Part shown: in pieces, positions 14,315-28,093 of the stretch
Position numbering within the stretch: position 1 is the stretch's first letter
Layout of the letters: each line of letters begins with the position of its first letter
Origin: the human T2T-CHM13v2.0 reference genome, Homo sapiens
Direction: 5' to 3' (one strand)
Length of the DNA: 64,000 nucleotides
Assembly: GCF_009914755.1 (NCBI RefSeq)
Contig: NC_060930.1
Translations under genes and position numbers: made by a program
The notes under the pieces: generated by a model
Seen by the model: only the letters and a program-made list of their open reading frames with translations
What the model was told of the DNA's origin: nothing
Database searches by the model: none

Positions 14315-14560
14315 TATTCATTCATTCATTCTCCAAATATTTACTGAACATCTACTCTATGCAATGTATGGTATTATATCATGTGAAGGATAAGAAAAAT
14401 ATAAATAAATAGATAGATTACATGATGTTTGCACTTGAAGAATTATCAGTTTAATAAGACAAGTGAAACGTAGCCTTAAATCATTGGAAAAAATATGCTG
14501 GCATGCAGTGAGAAATGTATATAGAAAACAGTGCATTTAGATGAGCATTTATCTACTTTT
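14315..14560 (-). mobile_element. L2 3' remnant
   Basis: ttcattcattc...aaatatttactgaacatctactctatgc. Confidence 0.65.
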
Positions 14561-15561
14561 TGTTTAGGATATAACTATAACTTTACATAAAGACACAACT
14601 TGAGAATGTTATGTGCCCAATTAACATGAAGAATGGTTCACTCCCTTTGTAGTTACCTCACTGGACTTGGATAAAATTCTACATTCCTGTGATAAGTCAA
14701 AGAAACTCAGAAACTTGATCAGGTTGAGCAGACTGGTTGATGGAACCACAGGTTTCATTGTAAGATGCTCAGCACATATGTACTCTATTCAAGCTAGAGA
14801 ATTTCATAGCTGCTGCCAGGTTTGAAGTACTCCAGAAAGTGCTACCACAGTGCTAGAGTTACTGCCAGACCTGGGGTCCTGGTATTTCTGCTGAAAATAT
14901 GGCAGTCAAATGGTTATCTCTGTTTATCCTTTCTTCCATTGCCTTGAGTGTTGAAGGCCATTTTTGCCAATTGTCTCCTCACATCCTGTCTGGTCACTCA
15001 TCACTAGTACTAGAGCTCAAATTTACTCTCAAATTGACCTGGACTCCCACTATTCCAGCTGTTTAGTTATCTGGTTCTTTATGCAACAAAAGGCACCTCT
15101 GAGTCTGCCCATAGTGGCTGAGTTAGGACCCCCATATCAGTCAAAAGCTATTTCCAGATCCAGCTCTTCTCTGAGACTATCAGGCCTTGTCTACACTGTA
15201 CTTACTTTCAGCTGAGAATGTGTTCTCTCACCTAACTCCACTTGAGCATCCTCAGTCCCTCAAAGGTACCCTGGATTGTGGTCTTGATTGTTTTTCTCCT
15301 AGGAGTTTCTTTGATTCTTTGTAAATTTTTCCACTTTCTTTCTAGCAACTTTCAAGCCCTGGGTACTACTAAGGAGTGAAGGACAGAGCAGTGTCTATAA
15401 ATCCATGTATATAGTTGCAATGTAAGAAACAGAGGAGAGAGTAGTCTCAGTAAAGCCAAATATACATGGCTACCAGAGAGAAGGTGCAAAGTTGACTTTA
15501 ATCTATTTAAAAGAAAAAAGTCACTAAATGAATCCATTCACAATATGAAAACCTACACCAA

Positions 15562-15870
15562 AGCCGGGCTTGGTGGCTCCTGCCTGTAATCCCAGCACTT
15601 TGGGAGGCCAAGGTGAGAGGACTGCTTGATCTCAGGAGTTCACGACCAGCATAGACAACATACTGAGACTCCGTTTCTACAAACAAAATGGAAAAAATTA
15701 GCCTGGCATAGTTTCACACGCATGTAGTCCCAGCTCTTTGGCAGTCTGAGGTGGGAAGATCACTTGATCCTGAGAGGTCGAAGCTGCAGTGAGCCGTGAT
15801 CATGCAACTGCACTCCAGCCTCAGTGACAGAGAGAGACTCTGTCTCACAAAACAAACAAACAAACAAAAA
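15562..15870 (+). mobile_element. Full-length AluJ
   Basis: Alu dimer with J-type diagnostic positions and (CAAA)n tail. Confidence 0.93.
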
Positions 15871-16219
15871 TCCCTATACAAAGAGAATTTGATATTTCTA
15901 TCTTTTCACATAGAACTAAATTAATAATAATAATAATAATTGTTATTGTTATTATTTTAGCATCACTAAGTACAGGACACCCCTGCTATAAACGTTATAA
16001 AAATTTGACAGTTTGATGTTATTGGAAAAGGAATTTGGGGGAAGATAGGGCTCAAACTGAATCTCAAGTATAAATATAAACATAAAATAGCATTTTGATA
16101 AAAATAGATGAGAGTAGGAAGGCCATTTAGGAAGAAGATAATGGAAAGCCATTAAAGATGTTAGAACAGGAGAGTGCAATAAAAGTAATATCATTTACCA
16201 TGCCTTGCTAAATATCATG

Positions 16220-16430
16220 CAATTTGTGGTGATTATATAAAGATATGTTTGCCTTACACTAACTCTAAGTCTCACAAAAATGCTGTAGGATGAGCATTAT
16301 TTCTCACTTACAGATGATGGGACTGAGGTGCCAATATATTTAGCATGTTGCTCAAGGACATTTGATTAGTAAGGTTAAGGCTGAGCGTTTAAGATCAGTC
16401 CCTTCTAACTTGATAACTTGTGCTTTTCCT
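16220..16430 (-). mobile_element. MIR
   Basis: cacttacagatgatgggactgagg...tgctcaaggaca. Confidence 0.65.
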
Positions 16431-17589
16431 GCCCTATCCTGCTTCCAGGAAGGCATATCTGGTGGCTCTGTGTGAATGCATAAGACACACTCCAGCAGGT
16501 AGCAGGCTTCCTGCAATTCAAGCCTGAGTTAATAAGGACTGGTATAGAGCCCAGGGGGCTCAAAGGAATGATTGAATGGGAAGATCTTTTTGAGATAGGG
16601 AAGGATAGTACGGAGACAAAAGAGGCCTTAGAGCTTTGCAGCTTAGGTGACTAGGAAGACTCTAGTGCTTTTCACCGAAGTGGGGCTATTGCAAAAGCAG
16701 GGAGCTTGAAAAGGAGATGGTATTGATTGCAAACAGGAAAATTTGAGATGATGGTAATACCTTAAAGGAAGAGAGGTCCAACAAAAAGCTGGAAGCTGAA
16801 AAATTGTTTCTCATTTCTATAATGACTCAGTTTTCTGTTTGTTTCAGAAATGGAGAAAAAAATTTCAGACTTTTGGGAGCATATGTTTACAATCCTTCAG
16901 AGAAAAAGACTTAGTCAACCTATTTGGCCACCTAGACTAAGTGACTCCAGAAGCTGAGAGAATTTAAGTAGTGTTGAATGTCAAAGAATTACTGCATACT
17001 TTAGTGCCCTTGTTTCTCAGTAGTCATGCCGGAACAGCCTGTGCCTTCGTAGTACCTGTGTCAGGGGTCTTACGAATAATGCCTTGGGAGAAGAGATGTT
17101 AATTTGAATTCTGGTTCCGGCTTTCAAGCAAAATATTACTCTTGCTAATGTTGTCTATCAAATAAACTTCTCAGATTTCATTCGCAGCCTTCAAATATTT
17201 ATTCCTATTTCCAATTTTTTTACTAAATCAAAAGGAAAAGGGAAGTGAATAAGTGATAAATTAAAGACTGTGAGATGTCTTTAAAATATGAACTTCTCTA
17301 GCCCCTAAGGCAGGTGCACATGAATTTAACTGACAAAAATTATGCACAGTTTTCTTGATTTGAAAGTCTCACTTAAGTGTTATTTTAACTAAAATTTGAA
17401 ACAATCAAAATCTCAAGGTAAATATAGATATTACTCACTTTTAAAACATCATAATTTGAACATTTACTATTACATAGATATTATGTACTGTAGCAAATTT
17501 GTAAGCTATAAAAATATGTGGAAGACAATTACAATTTTCCATTTATTAACATACCAAGCAAAGAAAATGACAATTATCATTTTAAGGAC

Positions 17590-18170
17590 CAGTAGAAGTT
17601 CTCTTAACCCACCTTCCCCTAACCGATTTGTAAGAGTAACCAAAGCTCTGTATCCACTGGTTAAAATATACTGATTGACATCCACAGAAGTGAGAAAACT
17701 CACCATCAGGAGGCTACTATCATGTTTCTGTATTTTGACTCCGTGGTTTGGTATTCTTAGAAAAGGTCAGTAGTATTTTTTCTATAACCAGTTTATGCTT
17801 GTTGTACCTACTAATTCATAATTCAATTAAACATTACATAAAATAGTTAAATAAAAGTGCAAGCATAACATTGTTTCTATGAAAACTCAAATGACTGCAT
17901 GAAAAAAATTGATAAAGGTACTTTGCAAGTATCTCTTTATTCTTGTTTCACTTAAAAGAAACAAGTTGAAAATCATGGATAATCCATTATGTTTGGAGCT
18001 TATGCAAAACAGAAGAGGAAATTCAATCAGCAGACCCATGAAAAAGGTCTTGGCTCTACATTAATACATTTAGGAATACATTTACAGTTAGATGTTGTAC
18101 ATTAACATAGAAATTTTGAAGTATATATGCCTTAACTGTTTAACTGGCCAAATGTTAGCTTTGATTACTT
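17590..18170 (+). mobile_element. Tigger15a-like DNA transposon with decayed CENP-B-type HTH
   Basis: Starts cagtagaagttctctta; remnants read VSMKTQMTA*KKIDKG and DNPLCLELMQNRRGNSISRPMKKVLALH, similar to Tigger DDALWVWFMQERR..PISGPILKEKALALH. Confidence 0.7.
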
Positions 18171-18269
18171 TGGAAAATTATTTATAATAAATTTTCTGTG
18201 CCCTTGTACATATTTCATTAAAAGTAGGATCTTATGGTATACACAGCTTGCTTAATGTTTTCTTAAGTT

Positions 18270-20130
18270 AATTTAACATTTATTTAAAATTTGCTATGTC
18301 TCAAGCACTGTTTTTGGAATAGAGCTATAGTGGTGACTTAGATGGAGTTCACCTTCTATGTGGTACATAGAAAATATAAACAATGAAAGAAAACAAATTA
18401 GGATAAGAAGATGGAGAGTGATTTAGGTGTGGGGAAGGCCCTTTAGCTAGGGTTATGGGAGAAAAATATATGTGGAGTAAGTCCTAAAGGATAAGAAATA
18501 GGTAGCCATACAAATATTGATCAGAAAAGCATCCTAGGCAGAAGGAACAATTGCAAACTTCTTGAGATGGAAACAAGCAAGGTGCATCTGAGGGAAAGAA
18601 AAGGTAACCCAGCACACTGATAGGTTGCCTTTCTTTCATAATTTGTGATGAGAAAAATCAAGGGTATCCTTTTGATGCATTATATTTGAATTGCCTATTA
18701 GATATCCAAGCAGGAATATGCAGTTTTGTTTACTAGTGTATTATTTGAGCCTCTAACAGTATTTGGCACATTAATAGGCATTCAATCAATATTTGTTGAG
18801 TGAAGGAAGGAATTATTTTGGGAAGGAATAATTTTGAGATGGGTAATGTTTTACGAGTTTGAAACTCAGGTGAAAGGATTGTAGAATAAATTTGTGAGTC
18901 ATTAGCACATAGATAATATTTACAGCTAAGAAACTGGTTAAGATTATCCAAGGGTATAGTGTGAATAGAGGAGTGCCAAAGAGTGATCTTAGAAGTCAAG
19001 AAGAGAAAGAGAAGCAAAGGTGATTGAAGATGTGCAGTAAGGTAGAAGAAAAACAAAAAGAGTCTAATTTCAGGAAGACTAGAGAAGAAAGTGTTTTGAG
19101 AACGACATGGTCAATTGTGTCAAATCAAGCTATGAGAATTGCTTAATTATGGTAAGCTTGAAGAACTAATCATTTTGATTTGACACGAAAGCATTGTTAG
19201 CGACCTCAATACTATTGTCTGCTTGGAATGTTGGGGACAAAAGCTAAGCTGGACTGTATTGAGGGAATGTGAGGTGAGAGAGAAGAGGTATCAAGTCTAA
19301 CTAGTTATTTCAATGGGGTTTCAATTTAGGATACCATAGAAATGAACCTGAAGAGATACATAAAGTCACATAAATTTTTTTTAAACATTGAATTAAGGCA
19401 TGTTTATATAGGTATAAATATTCCAGTAGAGAAGGAAAAAATAATGTTGCAGGAAAGAGTGAAGATACTTGCAAAGCTGAAATCTAAGGAAGGGACACTT
19501 AGAGGGAGTTAGTCTTAGATAGAAGCAGGGATTGTTTATTGCATTATAAAAAAAAAAAGAAGACAGAGTGTGGAAATTCAGATGCAGGTGGGTGGATGAA
19601 TTTGGGCAGGACAGCAGAGTAGTTCTTGACTCATTTTCTCCATTTTATTAGTGAAAAATGAAGTGAGTATACCAGCAGAAATGGAATTGAATTGGAAGAG
19701 AAATTTAGAAGGTTTAAGAAGGGGCAATAGGAGCAAAATTATCTTTTTGGAAAGTGGGAAAGTGAATATTCTGGGGAAATATGGAACATTTTCTGGGTTT
19801 ATGGCCCACTTGAGATTAGGGGCCATAAATGTTAAGTGATTTCAGTTAACTGCATCCTACTAAACCCAGAAGGACAGTTAAGTCAGCAAATAGTTAAATT
19901 TAATGAGTTTAATTTCTCTAAGAGACCATGATGGAGAATAAGACCTAAAAGAGTTGCCAGTATTTATAAACAAATAATTATAATACCAAATCATAGAAGT
20001 TAGAATGGAAGTAAGGGAATGTGTGAGGTGCTGGACAGTGAAAATGTGGATTGAAGTTCTCCAAGGGGGTGAAAATTAGGTGGAATAGGGTCATTTGAGT
20101 CACTGGGCTGGGAGGATAGGGGATTTGTTA
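18270..20130 (-). mobile_element. Long decayed L2 (with a short plus-strand L2 3' end at ~18735-18810)
   Basis: Purine-rich L2 ORF2-antisense pattern, e.g. tttgaattgcctattagatatccaag and tggtcaattgtgtcaaatc. Confidence 0.65.
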
Positions 20131-20679
20131 AAATTAAAAGATGCATGCAAAAATTAAAAGATACAATTAAATTTTATTAAGCAATTCTAAATTGTCTTCT
20201 AAAATTGCTGAACTAATTTATACACTCTCCAATGTGTACCATACTATTATTCATTATGTTTTTAAATCAATAATAATTCTTAGAAAGTTATTTAGACTTA
20301 TTTGTTTAACAATTTAAATAGAATTGAATCTCGCCATTATTTTGTGGGCTAGTCTTTTTTCAGAATATGTAGCCTCCTCCCTTCTCCCCACCCCCCGAAA
20401 AAAACCCATGTAACAGAAATAGTAATAGTAAAGGAGGTTCTTTCCATGAAACAAATGTGGAATTTTTAAATATGAGCCTCTAATATTTTATCAGACATAA
20501 TTTCTTTACACTTCAAAGATATCAAGTGTTTTATTATAACTAAACAAGGAAACATTGAGTTCTATCATCTTCATTTTTAAACTATTAAGTTTCTCTCAAC
20601 AGCCAAAATTGATAATAATTATAAATTGGCCTTTATTTTTTATATATAAAATGTATCTATATCCACATTTCTAACTTTC

Positions 20680-20768
20680 ATATATATTTATATTATATAT
20701 TTATATATTATATTACATATATTTATATTTATATATTATATTACATATATTTATATTTATATATTTAT
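20680..20768. repeat. TA-rich tract with perfect 28-bp tandem duplication
   Basis: ttatatattatattacatatatttatat at 20701-20728 and 20729-20756. Confidence 0.9.
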
Positions 20769-22214
20769 GAATGTTAAAATGTAATATAGATTTTTGTAGA
20801 ATTTTATCTCCTTCTGAGAAACCATGTCATAAATTTTTAAGTTTAGATTACTTTTCTTTTAACTTGGTTTTTAATTTGGAAGCAGGAGCTTGGCATTAAT
20901 GTGTATAACATAACCTGAACTATTTTTTCTTTTCTTGAGAAATGTAGCCTTGTCTTGCTTGCTTAGTAAAGTAATGCACCTTAATTCAGCTTTGTTATCC
21001 TTCTTCTTCTTCTTCTTTTTTTTAACTGTAGCCTATTTGGTAGTTCCTTTTTCCTGTGAAACATGTATAAAGTTCTACAAAAATACCAAAAGTTTACCAT
21101 ATTTATTGCTAAGATGCAGGTATACTACATTACTTATCCTCACATCATTAGACGAAATGCATATGAACTCTCCTTACAACTGGGTATTGAACTTCACTGG
21201 TCATTGGTTATTAGAACATTTTCTTTTAATGACTGTATCTTTTTGTAAGATACAAGTGTTACTTTGGAGAGAGGTAGGAATAGCTCTATGGAAAATGTAC
21301 ATGTACATGTGGTGGAATTTTTCCTGAAATTAAAGGAAACATGCAGTTTGGTCAAATGCATCAAATAAATTAAAATAGTGACGGTTACTGCAACCGAATC
21401 TGCTGTCTTAATATGCTATCAATGTAAAACAGCAATCATTTATAATTGTCATCAAATGACAAAGTTAAGTGTGATAAGAATATTTTGCACACCAATTAAT
21501 TTTTCTATCAGTTTTGATACTTTAAAATGTTGAACATACAGTTCTTTAAACTGCATTGTTTCTTTTTTAGCTGTTTAAAATAAATTCTTTAAGAAGTGCA
21601 ACAATAAAAAAACAAATCAGCAATGTTAAAAAATATGTAAGGAGACATGCAGATTTTAATCTTCTTGTTGCTACTGTATTAAATATTTTGTCCTTATCAA
21701 AATGTATGCACAAAAACTGGACAGAATATGCTTCTGTGATCTTTAGCAGCTCTGTATTGCCCCATAAATGACTCAGCTACAAATCAGTGAATGTGCTTCA
21801 GGCTTTGATTTTTGTTATTAGTTCAAAGATGAACATCATGAGGACATCACTCAGAGACAGATTTATCATGTTTTGTTTCAGATCTCATAGTGAAAGCTGA
21901 ATTTTCTTGTCTTTGTTCTACCAAATACATTGCTATATACATGATAGTTTAAAAAAATTAAACCTTTTTGAATATGCTAGAGAATATTAACCAATGCATA
22001 ATAAAATTAAATCAAGTAGGTGCCATCACAGTCTAAAAATATAACACCCGATATATGTCTGTTGACATATTTGTTATTCAAATTCAAATTTTCTTTCTCA
22101 TATTGTTGTATATTTACAAATGTGTATCTATACTATGCAAACATTGATGGCTTTTTAAAATTTATTTTATATTATGAGTATATAATAGGTGTATATATCA
22201 TCAAATATTGTATC

Positions 22215-22645
22215 TGTTTTTCTCCTTCATGAAACAAATGACAAGATGAGATTAGATGCACAACAGATTTATTGGCAGATATGCCTGTGAAAGATAAACA
22301 GGCAGGAGGTTAGAATAGACAGTTTTCAGACCGTGCTATAGGTCTGAAACCTGTAAAAGGAGAGAGGGAAGACAGGATTGGATAGAAAAAGTCTCAGACA
22401 ACTATGCCAAAATTCTTAGCCAGGCCAATGGGGATTCCTAGAGCCACAGCTTTTCATTAGAGGAATTTTGTACAGGAATGGTCTTGTTCTAGCAAGGCTG
22501 CCAAGCTCAATCACTGGCTGGAAGCAGCCTATCTGAAGAGCAGCCTGCTGAACACAGTGGTGTATGCAAAGGTGCAGATGCTAGAGGCTGTCCTTCAGTT
22601 ATGTTCCTAGTAGCAGTTTCAGCAGAGCTTCTTCATAGTCATCAA
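22215..22645 (-). mobile_element. ERVL LTR16-family solo LTR
   Basis: agatttattggcagatatgcctgtgaaagataaa...tcagac...ggccaatgggga...ctcaatcactggctggaagcagcc. Confidence 0.7.
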
Positions 22646-23124
22646 ATATATGTATTTTGGGCCTTTCAGTGAAGTTGTTGCTAAGAAGATATGGATTTTC
22701 TTTCTTAATTTTCTTAGTTAATATGTTCACCCTAATAGGCCATGTCCTATAAGTGTATAAGTGTTATTAGGTAAGAGAATGAAGATGGATTCTGTGGCTG
22801 CATCATAGGCTCTGAATTTAAAAAGCAACAACAAAAACCTTACTAAATCAAATCTCAAAACATATATCCTGATTGTGGGGCAGTGTGGGCTTATAGATGT
22901 TTGCAAATGAATAAGCACATATTCTAATTTGACTCATAATGCTGTTAAGAAACAAATTCATAAATGTAAGATAGTTATTGCATTTCAATGAGGCATGCCA
23001 GCAATGTTCAACAAAATAGGGGAAGAAACTTATAAGCAAGTATGGAAAATAATACAGTCAGTCAGCAAGGTACATAGGTTTAATAACTGAGTTAAGAATA
23101 TCCATATGACTTATGTGTGCAGTA

Positions 23125-23340
23125 TACATATATAAATATATTCTTTTATATACATTATCACAATTCTTTTATATATATTATATATAATATATAAATATAT
23201 ATATAAATTCTTTTATATATGTAATAGAATTGTGAAAATATATATGTGTGTATATATGTATATATGTGTATATATATGTATATATGTGTATGTGTGTGTG
23301 TGTGTGTATATATGTGTGTGTATATATATATATATATATG
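23125..23340. repeat. Compound (TA)n/(TG)n microsatellite
   Basis: Directly visible. Confidence 0.95.
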
Positions 23341-24229
23341 AATTGTGATAATAGTCCCCCAGAAAGTAAAATTCTGCAAGCGGGAAAAGAGTGACAAGGC
23401 ACTCATACTCAGTGAGCTCTGGAAAGGTGCTCAACTTACTTTACCTGAATTAATAGATCATAATTTAGCATTTGATGTATAGTCTTTGATTCTCACCAAA
23501 AAAATCAGAAAGATTGCAAGATCTCTCAGTAGTTCTAGATGAGAATTCATTGTTATTTTTCGTTATCATTGATCAGTAATATAGATGAAAGCTCAATAAC
23601 GGGTTACAGTGAATGTTCATTGAATGCCAAGCACTGTGTTTGGTACTGCTGATACAAAGGCAAGTAAATCAAGTGTTACCTCTTCCCTTGTTAATTAGTT
23701 AAAATTGCATTCATTCACTCCTTAAGCAAAAATAATATATGGTTCCCAATTGCTTTTCTGGGCATTGGGGATACAACAGTAAATAAATGTTACAGACAAA
23801 ATAAATGAATGAAAAAATAAACAAGTCCCAAAATACAACTGGATAGCAGCTGTGGAATTTTTCTTAGTAGATGGAATCTTTTATTCCGTATTTAACACTA
23901 TTAAATTCCTTAATAGACTACACCATAAACTCTACAATATAGAGCTCAACTTGAGATACAGAATGTTTAAAAGAGAATAAAAACTTCTCTGAAGAATTCC
24001 ATTGTTTAAAGAAATGGAAATCAGCATTATTCAACATTTCTTACTTTATATATTTAAAATTATCTTAGTTGCTTTTTGTGATACTACATTATTATTTTAA
24101 TAAAATATATAAAGTTGGATGATGATAATATAACTCTTCAAAGATACTTCTGTTAGTGGTTTGATATATATTTTTTCATAATTTTTAGTGAGTAAATCCA
24201 TCTACACATACATTTTTACATAAATTTAA

Positions 24230-24515
24230 TTTCATGCCCATTGTCACTCTTTAAAATTTACCTTCTTTTAAAATTACTACAATATATGGGCATATGCTAA
24301 TTTACTGATAAATATGTTGATTGTCTTCCGTTACTTAATAAACAATTTTAAGAAGAATGTGTTTTTATATATATGAATCTCCATAAGAGTATTTATATTT
24401 TCTTAGGATAGATTCTTAGCAAGGGTACACTTGATCAAAATTTCTACATATTTTAATTTTTGACATATATTTTCAAATGGCTATTCAAACCTTGTCTAAC
24501 AGTTTTCCAGTTTTT
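24230..24515 (-). mobile_element. Old L1M remnant
   Basis: ttttcttaggatagattcttagcaag...tttaatttttgacatatattttcaaatggct. Confidence 0.55.
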
Positions 24516-24519
24516 CCTC

Positions 24520-25086
24520 TGCTATAGGTTGAATTATGTCACCAACAAAGATATGTTGAAATCCTTACCCCCAGGTACCTATGAATGTGATTTCAATTGG
24601 AAATAGGGTCTTTGAAGATGTAATCATGTCAAGATCAGCTCATTAGGGTCGGCCCTAATCCAATATAATTGATTTCCTTGTATATATTATTACATTACTT
24701 TGTACCCCATAAATATATTGACCACCATAGTTAGTCAATTTAAAATTTAAAAATAAATATTAACGATAATTTAAAAATAATTTTTAAAACAGAAGAGGGA
24801 AATTGGAACACAGGCACACACACAAGGAGAGCACCCTGTGAAGAACAGACAAACAGGGAGAACACAAGGTAAAATGGAGGCAGAGATTCCATTTTCACTG
24901 CAAGCCAATGAGTAGTAGCTGGCAAAACACCAGAAACTATGAGAAAGATATAAAACAGATAGACCGTGGCCCTGCAGGAACCTTAGTTTGGACTTCTTGC
25001 CTCCAGACCTGAGAAAATAAATGTCTGTGTTTTAAGCCATCCTAGTTTGTAGTAATTTGTTAAGGCAGTCCAGGAAAACTAAAACC
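24520..25086 (+). mobile_element. MLT1B/C MaLR solo LTR interrupted by a short L1MA-type 3' tail (~24679-24790)
   Basis: tgctataggttgaattatgtc...ggaaatagggtctttgaagatgtaatc...aataaatgtctgtgttttaagcca; insert tgtaccccataaatata...gtcaattt plus A-rich tail. Confidence 0.85.
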
Positions 25087-25939
25087 CACCTCTAACATTT
25101 TAGAGTGCTTCTTTACCCTCATAGTCACCAAATTGAGCATTCTCACTACTTTATTACTCTGTCTATTAGAAAAGTAAAATTACAAAGATACCTAATACAT
25201 TTAAAACTAAATGAATCTCATTAGATAAAAGGCAGAGAAGTTTCACATTTGTCATATATATGCATGTTTGTCTATTTACCAACATACTTACCTGTTATCC
25301 TTTACTTTGTTTTATAAAAGGATTTAAGCAGCTATTCTCTAGTTAATATAGAAAAAAAATGCTTTAAAATGGAAGGAAAAGAATCTTCCATTAAAGAAAT
25401 AGATAGGTGTCATCCTCCCAGCCAAATAACTGGGCTTTGCGCGGGGTAGGTATTTAAGTTTATGGCTATAGCAGTATCTGGATTGCAGGGTTCAAATCAT
25501 ATGTTTCTATTTTCTGGCTAACCTCTTATCTCTCAGCTTCAGGGTTTGGCATAGACCTAGGATGGCACAGAATCATCTACCATTTCTATGAGATAGAAGC
25601 CTGAGAATTCTTGCCATTAACGTTCAGCCTTTCTCTCATAGGGGTTTGCCGTGCTGCTGAAATACGCAGTTGGTCTAGATGGAAAATAGCTTTCTGACAG
25701 TGTCAATTCAAGGATGTTCTGAGTTTATTATTAACTCTGGGAATTATATCATAAGAGGCAAATACTCCTACAAAACATTGATCAATGCCACTGTTAGAGA
25801 TACTTGGTCTTAGGTTGATTTGATCAGAATTACATTTACTATGTTTTAAGTACAAGAAGAGCCCTCTGATGTTCCTCATTGTGGAGTTCTTTTCAAATAG
25901 AATGCATTGTAAATGTCATCTCCTGTGATGACAAGGCAG

Positions 25940-26185
25940 TTGTAGAGTGTAAGGCAGTAAAGGTGAGATGGAAGAACAGGGGATTGGCAGTCAGAAGCCT
26001 GCATTCTAGTTGTGGCTTTGCTGCTTACTGGCTGTGGGCCTTTGGAATGGTGAGTTGAACTTCTGTGTTCTCATCAGTCAAATGGGCTTTGAAGTATACC
26101 TCAAAAGGTGATTGTGAAGATCAAATGTGACCATGTTTATGCAAGTATTTTGGAAACATCTAGCGTTAAATATATGTAAAATGTT
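25940..26185 (+). mobile_element. MIR
   Basis: gtcagaagcctgcattctagttgtggctttgctgcttactggctgtg...ttgtgaagatcaaatg. Confidence 0.7.
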
Positions 26186-27939
26186 TTCAGTTGCAGAAAT
26201 TTTAGTTTGAATCAAGAGTGGTGGGACTTTGAAACCTCTATTCTCTCTTTTGTAAATATTTTTGTCATATTTAATCTAAAGATAAAAACAAAACACTTTA
26301 TAATAACTAAAGGTTTGTTTATTTGGGGCTGGCTGTAAGCAAGAGAGTATTATCACTGAGGGTTGTTCATAGCCACTCCTGTAGCTCATCCACTGTTTCA
26401 ATCCTACAGTTTCCTTCCTTTCCGCGTAGGCTGTCTTCACCTGGGGTCACAAGACGTCCTCATGCTCAGCACCATGCTTTGTTGAAGCACCAGGGTGGAA
26501 ATATTATTATATTTTCTGTGGAAAAAGTGAGGGAAATTGAGATAAAAAGGGGAAAAGTTATTTAAATAAGTATGTTCATATCTGGTTTATAAGCCTTAAG
26601 ATAATTTTTATGAAGAGCTATCTTGTTTTACTCAGATTATTTTTATTTTGGTTGACTTTGGCACCTATCTGCAGTATTAGTAGCATTGAAGTTGTTATTC
26701 AGTGGATGAAACCTTGCTGAAGTGGCTGTGTGGATACCCTAAAATAGCCACTTCTCCCTTGATGAGTGTCGCATTAAGATTCCATGGAAGTTCACAAGGG
26801 AAAAACACCTTTTCTGTGTTGGCTTTTGTTATTGCACCCCTCTATCCCAATTAACATTTACTGTTTTTTACATTGGTAACTTAATTGGCTGCTAAATTTT
26901 AGAAGATAAACTCTGAATGTTTATGACTAAAATTAGAAATACTTAAAAACATTATTTAAAACAAATGCAATGTAATGATGAAATTCACTGACTGTATAGT
27001 AAATATGTTGCCAAATATATAGAAATGCCCACAAAATAATATTTTAAAAATATTCTAAGTTTACTCTTCATCTGTATTCTAAATTTGATTCCATAATTTG
27101 AGATACAAAAATTCATGATTTTAATATAAAATCTGAAGAGTAATATTCATGACCATATACTTACATATGATCTCTCTAAATATATAGTAGTAATATTAAC
27201 TATTAATAAACTCTATAATGCAATACTTCGTATTAAAGAGGATGATTGAGTTTAAATAGCTTTGTTCTTACTTATACTTTACTTCCTTGGGAAACAAGTG
27301 ACCTTATATCCAAACCCTCTGAAGCAAAGCATTGAAATAAAATGTTTTTAATGCTGTGATGAGAATTTAAATGTCACAGAGTGCTATTGACATACATGTA
27401 AGATCAAAAGAGGAAGTGTGTTATGACAGATAAATCAAGATAGTAGAAAATTCTGTTAAGGTCTAAACTGAAAGTATCATAACTAAAAACATGTAGTGGC
27501 ATTTTCATGTATTCTGGGCACACAAATCAGCTACAATTGGCCAAAATGTTACATAATGAAAGCCAGTAAATAACATTTTTTTCCTCAAAAATAGTAGACT
27601 GTGGCATTATACGTGACATTTAGAAAAGGTTCTTATTGTAGCTGTTTCTATCAATATTCCTATAACAATTGATTTAAAGATTGTATTTATTTTGTACTTC
27701 AAACTTCCTTCAACTGGTAAAATAGAAACTATAAAAGATCCCCTACCTATGGGTCAAATTACTTACCCCAAATGATTGAGTAAATTTGCAACCAAGCTGA
27801 AATTAGAACTTTTAATTATAATTTAAAAGATATTTGAAATTGAATGGAACCAATCATAGAAAATTTTATATTTAGCTCCTCAACACACTAAAGTTCCCTT
27901 TTTGGGCCATAGGATCATAGCTGACTGCTATCTTTTAGA

Positions 27940-28093
27940 ACCTTGCTACCCTGTGTGTGGTCCACTGAGCAGCAGCATCAACATCCATGCAGAAATACAG
28001 AATCTCAGGCTCTAGCCCATACTTACTGAATCAGTTTGCCTTCTAACAAGATCCTCAGTGATTTATATGCCCATTGGAATTGGAGAAGCACGA
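27940..28093. mobile_element. MER5A hAT-Charlie
   Basis: gtgtggtccactgagcagcagcatc...agaaatacagaatctcagg...tactgaatcag...taacaagatcctcagtgatt. Confidence 0.8.

Noticed and set aside
16830-16960. Acceptor-like ttttctgtttgtttcAG followed by ATG
   Set aside because: Competing AG just upstream, in-frame stop follows, no convincing donor.
17850-18065. CENP-B/Tigger HTH peptide as a domesticated gene
   Set aside because: Contains stops and deletions; ordinary Tigger15a-like fossil.
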